IMG/VR virus record: IMGVR_UViG_3300050190_000017
Origin: a virus
Taxonomy: Duplodnaviria; Heunggongvirae; Uroviricota; Caudoviricetes
Length of the DNA stretch: 64,000 nt
Strand: one strand, 5' to 3'
Below the pieces are notes generated by a model that saw nothing but the letters and a program-made list of their open reading frames with translations, was not told the origin of the DNA and did not search any database. Of the stretch, positions 61,389-64,000 are shown one piece after another (the first letter of the stretch is position 1; each line of letters begins with the position of its first letter). The position numbers and the translations under genes are program-made.

Positions 61389-62903
61389 ATGGTAACGAAG
61401 AAGAAAACTAAGGCACCTACTGGTGGTCTGGTACCTGCTGCTGATAAGCATGTGAAGGACGAGGCACTGCGCGACTTCGGTAAGCGTAACATGACAACGT
61501 ACGCCATAGCAGTTAATCTTGATCGGTCAGTGCCTGACTTGTACGACGGTCTCAAGCCGGTGCAGAGGCGTATCCTGTGGGGAGCGTCTAAGGAGTCCTT
61601 CTCCACGTTTGAGAAGACAGCGCGTGTAGTGGGGTTGGTTATGGGTAGGTGGCACCCTCACGGAGATAGTTCCATCGCAGGTGCAATCACTACAATCGTC
61701 AATCACCCCACGCCTGCCATTCACGGTAAGGGGAACTGGGGTAACATGATCGACGACGCAGCTGCGATGCGTTATACGAATATGCGCCTCTCTGCGTACG
61801 GTCAATCGTTCTTCCTGTCGGACTACATCCACAAAGATGTTACAACATTTGTGCCTAACTACGACGACAAGGATATTGAGCCAGTAACATTACCTGCACA
61901 GTTGCCTAATGTCATTATCAACGGAGGTGAGGGTATCGGTGTGGGTATCACTACCTCACTACCAACGTTCACTCCCGAATCAGTGATCGGTGTACTCGAA
62001 CGTTTGTTGAAAGGTGAGAAGCTTCAATCTTTAGACTTCGCCAAAGCGTTGAAGTTCGCCCACAAGTGGGGCGGGCATCTTCTCAATACCAAGGAGAACA
62101 AGGAAGCGTGGATCAAGATGTTCAGGGAGTCGGAAACGAACGTGAAGTTTGAATCTGACATTGAGGTAGACCGGGATCATAAGAAGATGGTGATCTCTGA
62201 CTGGCCTCCAGGTACCAACCTGCAACGCTTCATTGATAAGGTTAGGGCTATGCCTGAAACCCAACGGTGCTATAACTCTAAAGGTTCAGCCACCCTCACC
62301 ATCGAATGCAAAGCTGCATACAACTTTACCCAGTTCGATAAGTATGTGGAGAAGGTGCAACTGGCAACTCGTCAGTCATGCTCGTTCAAGATCAACGTAA
62401 CGAAGCGAGAAGCACAAACAGTCGATGGCATTACAACGTTCGAGACCAAGTTCTTGGCCTTGTCTGTTCCACAGCTGATTGTGCAATGGCTGAAGATGCG
62501 TATCGAGTTGGAACTCAAGAGTTTGGCGTATCGTGTGCATAAGCAGGAGGCAGCGATTGCCTACTCCAAGCTGTTGATCTTCGCAGTGGACAAGTTGGAT
62601 ACGGTTATCTACGCGGTGCGGAAGACACCAGATCCTACGGCGTACATTGTGAAAAAGCTGAAACTCACTGTCGAACAAGTGAAGCAAATCTTGGCTTTGC
62701 GGCTCGACCAGTTAACACGTTTGGAAGAGCAGGCGCTAAATACCAAGATGAAGGAGCAGCAAGGCGTATTGAAACAATTACAGGCGTGGCAAAAGAAGCC
62801 GAAGTCGAAAATCCTGTTAGACCTGGCTGACACACGGGCAGCAATCGAGAAGGATCGAAGCTTCAAACACGCCAAGGATAATGAAACCCTGACAGTGGTC
62901 TAA
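61389..62903 (+). CDS. gyrA: Type IIA DNA topoisomerase subunit A (GyrA/ParC-like, no CTD)
   Basis: DGLKPVQRRIL, HPHGDSS, AAMRYT catalytic Tyr; only 504 aa. Confidence 0.92.
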   Translation: MVTKKKTKAPTGGLVPAADKHVKDEALRDFGKRNMTTYAIAVNLDRSVPDLYDGLKPVQRRILWGASKESFSTFEKTARVVGLVMGRWHPHGDSSIAGAITTIVNHPTPAIHGKGNWGNMIDDAAAMRYTNMRLSAYGQSFFLSDYIHKDVTTFVPNYDDKDIEPVTLPAQLPNVIINGGEGIGVGITTSLPTFTPESVIGVLERLLKGEKLQSLDFAKALKFAHKWGGHLLNTKENKEAWIKMFRESETNVKFESDIEVDRDHKKMVISDWPPGTNLQRFIDKVRAMPETQRCYNSKGSATLTIECKAAYNFTQFDKYVEKVQLATRQSCSFKINVTKREAQTVDGITTFETKFLALSVPQLIVQWLKMRIELELKSLAYRVHKQEAAIAYSKLLIFAVDKLDTVIYAVRKTPDPTAYIVKKLKLTVEQVKQILALRLDQLTRLEEQALNTKMKEQQGVLKQLQAWQKKPKSKILLDLADTRAAIEKDRSFKHAKDNETLTVV

Positions 62904-62915
62904 GGAGAATCTTTT

Positions 62916-63251
62916 ATGTACGATGTTGATACGCAACGTGGGACAGGGCGCACAACTCGAATGTTAGAGGAGGCAATTCGATTATCCAGCGAGGGCTACG
63001 AGGTGTGCGTGATTACCCATAGCCATAGCCACGCGAATATGCTCCGAATAATGCTAGAGGACTTAACTAAGCTAGATGGCCACGAGGTTCGGGTTATGCC
63101 TGCAGCTCAAGCAGATGAGCGGGACTTCGATTGGGTGTTCATGCGGTTTCCCTGGGGTTCCGCAAACCAGAGGGTGCTGGTTGACCATTGGGCGATTGAA
63201 TCACGGTATGCCACGATGCTTGAAATGCTGCACCAATTCGACAAGGAGTAG
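62916..63251 (+). CDS. Small degenerate P-loop protein
   Basis: RGTGRTTRML...VLVDH. Confidence 0.65.
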   Translation: MYDVDTQRGTGRTTRMLEEAIRLSSEGYEVCVITHSHSHANMLRIMLEDLTKLDGHEVRVMPAAQADERDFDWVFMRFPWGSANQRVLVDHWAIESRYATMLEMLHQFDKE

Positions 63252-63254
63252 CAT

Positions 63255-63392
63255 ATGACTAAGGTACGGACTTCGGTTCGTAACCCAGTAGCAAGATATG
63301 GGTTGAAGATTAACCGATGCTCTAGGTTTGCCAATCGCAAGCACTTGCAGAAGCAAGGGTACGGCAAACATAAGAATCGTAACGAGGACTGA
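63255..63392 (+). CDS. 45-aa basic peptide
   Basis: AAGGAG RBS; RNPVARY...NRKHLQKQGYGKHK. Confidence 0.6.
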   Translation: MTKVRTSVRNPVARYGLKINRCSRFANRKHLQKQGYGKHKNRNED

Positions 63393-63393
63393 G

Positions 63394-64000
63394 ATGAAAG
63401 TTATTGCTGACGAAGGGTCTAGGTTGATTAGGTTGTGGACTGACGATATTGAAGACGCGGCGTTAAACCAGGCGAAGAACATTGCGCGTCTGCCCTTCAT
63501 CCACCACAACGGTGTGGCACTCATGCCCGATGTACACGCAGGTAAGGGGTCAACAATCGGTACGGTGATCGCAACTGAGAAGGCAGTCATCCCTGCGGCA
63601 GTCGGCGTAGATCTTGGGTGTGGCATGAACGCTGTCCGCCTGTCGCTCAAAGCTTCAGACCTACCAGATAACCTGAAAGAGATTCGGAACCAGATCGAAC
63701 GGGATGTACCAACTGGTCGCTATGAACACAAGGAGGATCGAATTCCTAGGGAGTGGTCTGATACTCATAGTTCCGAACTGTCCTCTATCCAAGAACGCAG
63801 CCCTGGGATCGGAAAAATCGATAGGCTTACACGTAAGGCAGCACAACAAGTAGGTACCCTTGGTTCTGGTAATCACTTCATCGAAATCTGCATAGACGAG
63901 AATCAGGACGTGTGGATTATGCTCCACTCTGGTTCTCGTGGTATAGGCAACATGATTGCTTCTCACTTCATCGAGAAGGCGAAGAAGGCAATGCAAGGAT
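63394..64000 (+). CDS. rtcB: RtcB RNA-splicing/repair ligase (partial, runs off window)
   Basis: Hand-translated MPDVHAGKG, VGVDLGCG, GTLGSGNHFIE, LHSGSRGIG. Confidence 0.95.
   Translation, partial: MKVIADEGSRLIRLWTDDIEDAALNQAKNIARLPFIHHNGVALMPDVHAGKGSTIGTVIATEKAVIPAAVGVDLGCGMNAVRLSLKASDLPDNLKEIRNQIERDVPTGRYEHKEDRIPREWSDTHSSELSSIQERSPGIGKIDRLTRKAAQQVGTLGSGNHFIEICIDENQDVWIMLHSGSRGIGNMIASHFIEKAKKAMQG

Noticed and set aside
58837-62903. True DNA gyrase
   Set aside because: No CTD or GyrA box; gyrA and gyrB symbols are used only as family labels.
380-63996. Most remaining short ORF-track entries antisense to or nested in called genes (e.g. 3499..3807, 9883..10296, 34188..34703, 46077..46691, 61361..61606)
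   Set aside because: They have no RBS or motifs and overlap well-supported genes on the opposite strand or in another frame.
1-64000. Genome-wide TAG-to-Gln recoding (code 15)
   Set aside because: Long genes (PolA, topoisomerase B and A, primase) have no internal TAG, and many genes end in TAG in normal operon context; only one internal amber was found.
1-64000. tRNA, rRNA or CRISPR arrays
   Set aside because: No cloverleaf with a TTC-containing T-loop and no regularly spaced repeat-spacer series were seen by eye; a tRNAscan run would be definitive.

Overview
This 64-kb window is a densely coding fragment of a large (jumbo-type) tailed dsDNA phage genome. Genes lie on the minus strand from 1 to about 23.9 kb and on the plus strand from 24.2 kb onward, except a nine-gene minus-strand island at 43.5-47.0 kb. 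Recognisable genes: DnaG-type primase, family A DNA polymerase with an N-terminal UDG-like domain, two SbcD/gp47-like phosphoesterases, an HNH-AP2 homing endonuclease, a two-subunit type IIA topoisomerase (B subunit with a Pro-starting class 3 mini-intein; A subunit without a CTD), RtcB (partial), an i-/o-spanin pair, a glycosyltransferase, a phosphoribosyltransferase, two J-domain proteins, an acyl carrier protein and a Tad1 anti-defence sponge. A betaproteobacterial host is only inferred, from a RAYT homolog resembling Burkholderiales copies as recalled. No tRNA, rRNA or CRISPR array was seen. Most notable: (1) the Gly/Gln-rich island whose small proteins share N-terminal xGGS leaders and a C-terminal tail; (2) an HNH endonuclease ending in a copy of the upstream SbcD-like C-terminus; (3) a catalytically dead RAYT next to Tad1; (4) a Rep_trans/gpII-like gene beside an iteron- and hairpin-rich locus at the strand switch; (5) a phage-specific TRTAAATA promoter motif and a start-associated leader repeat; (6) a 97-nt structured RNA candidate. 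All family assignments come from motif recognition by eye; no database search was run.
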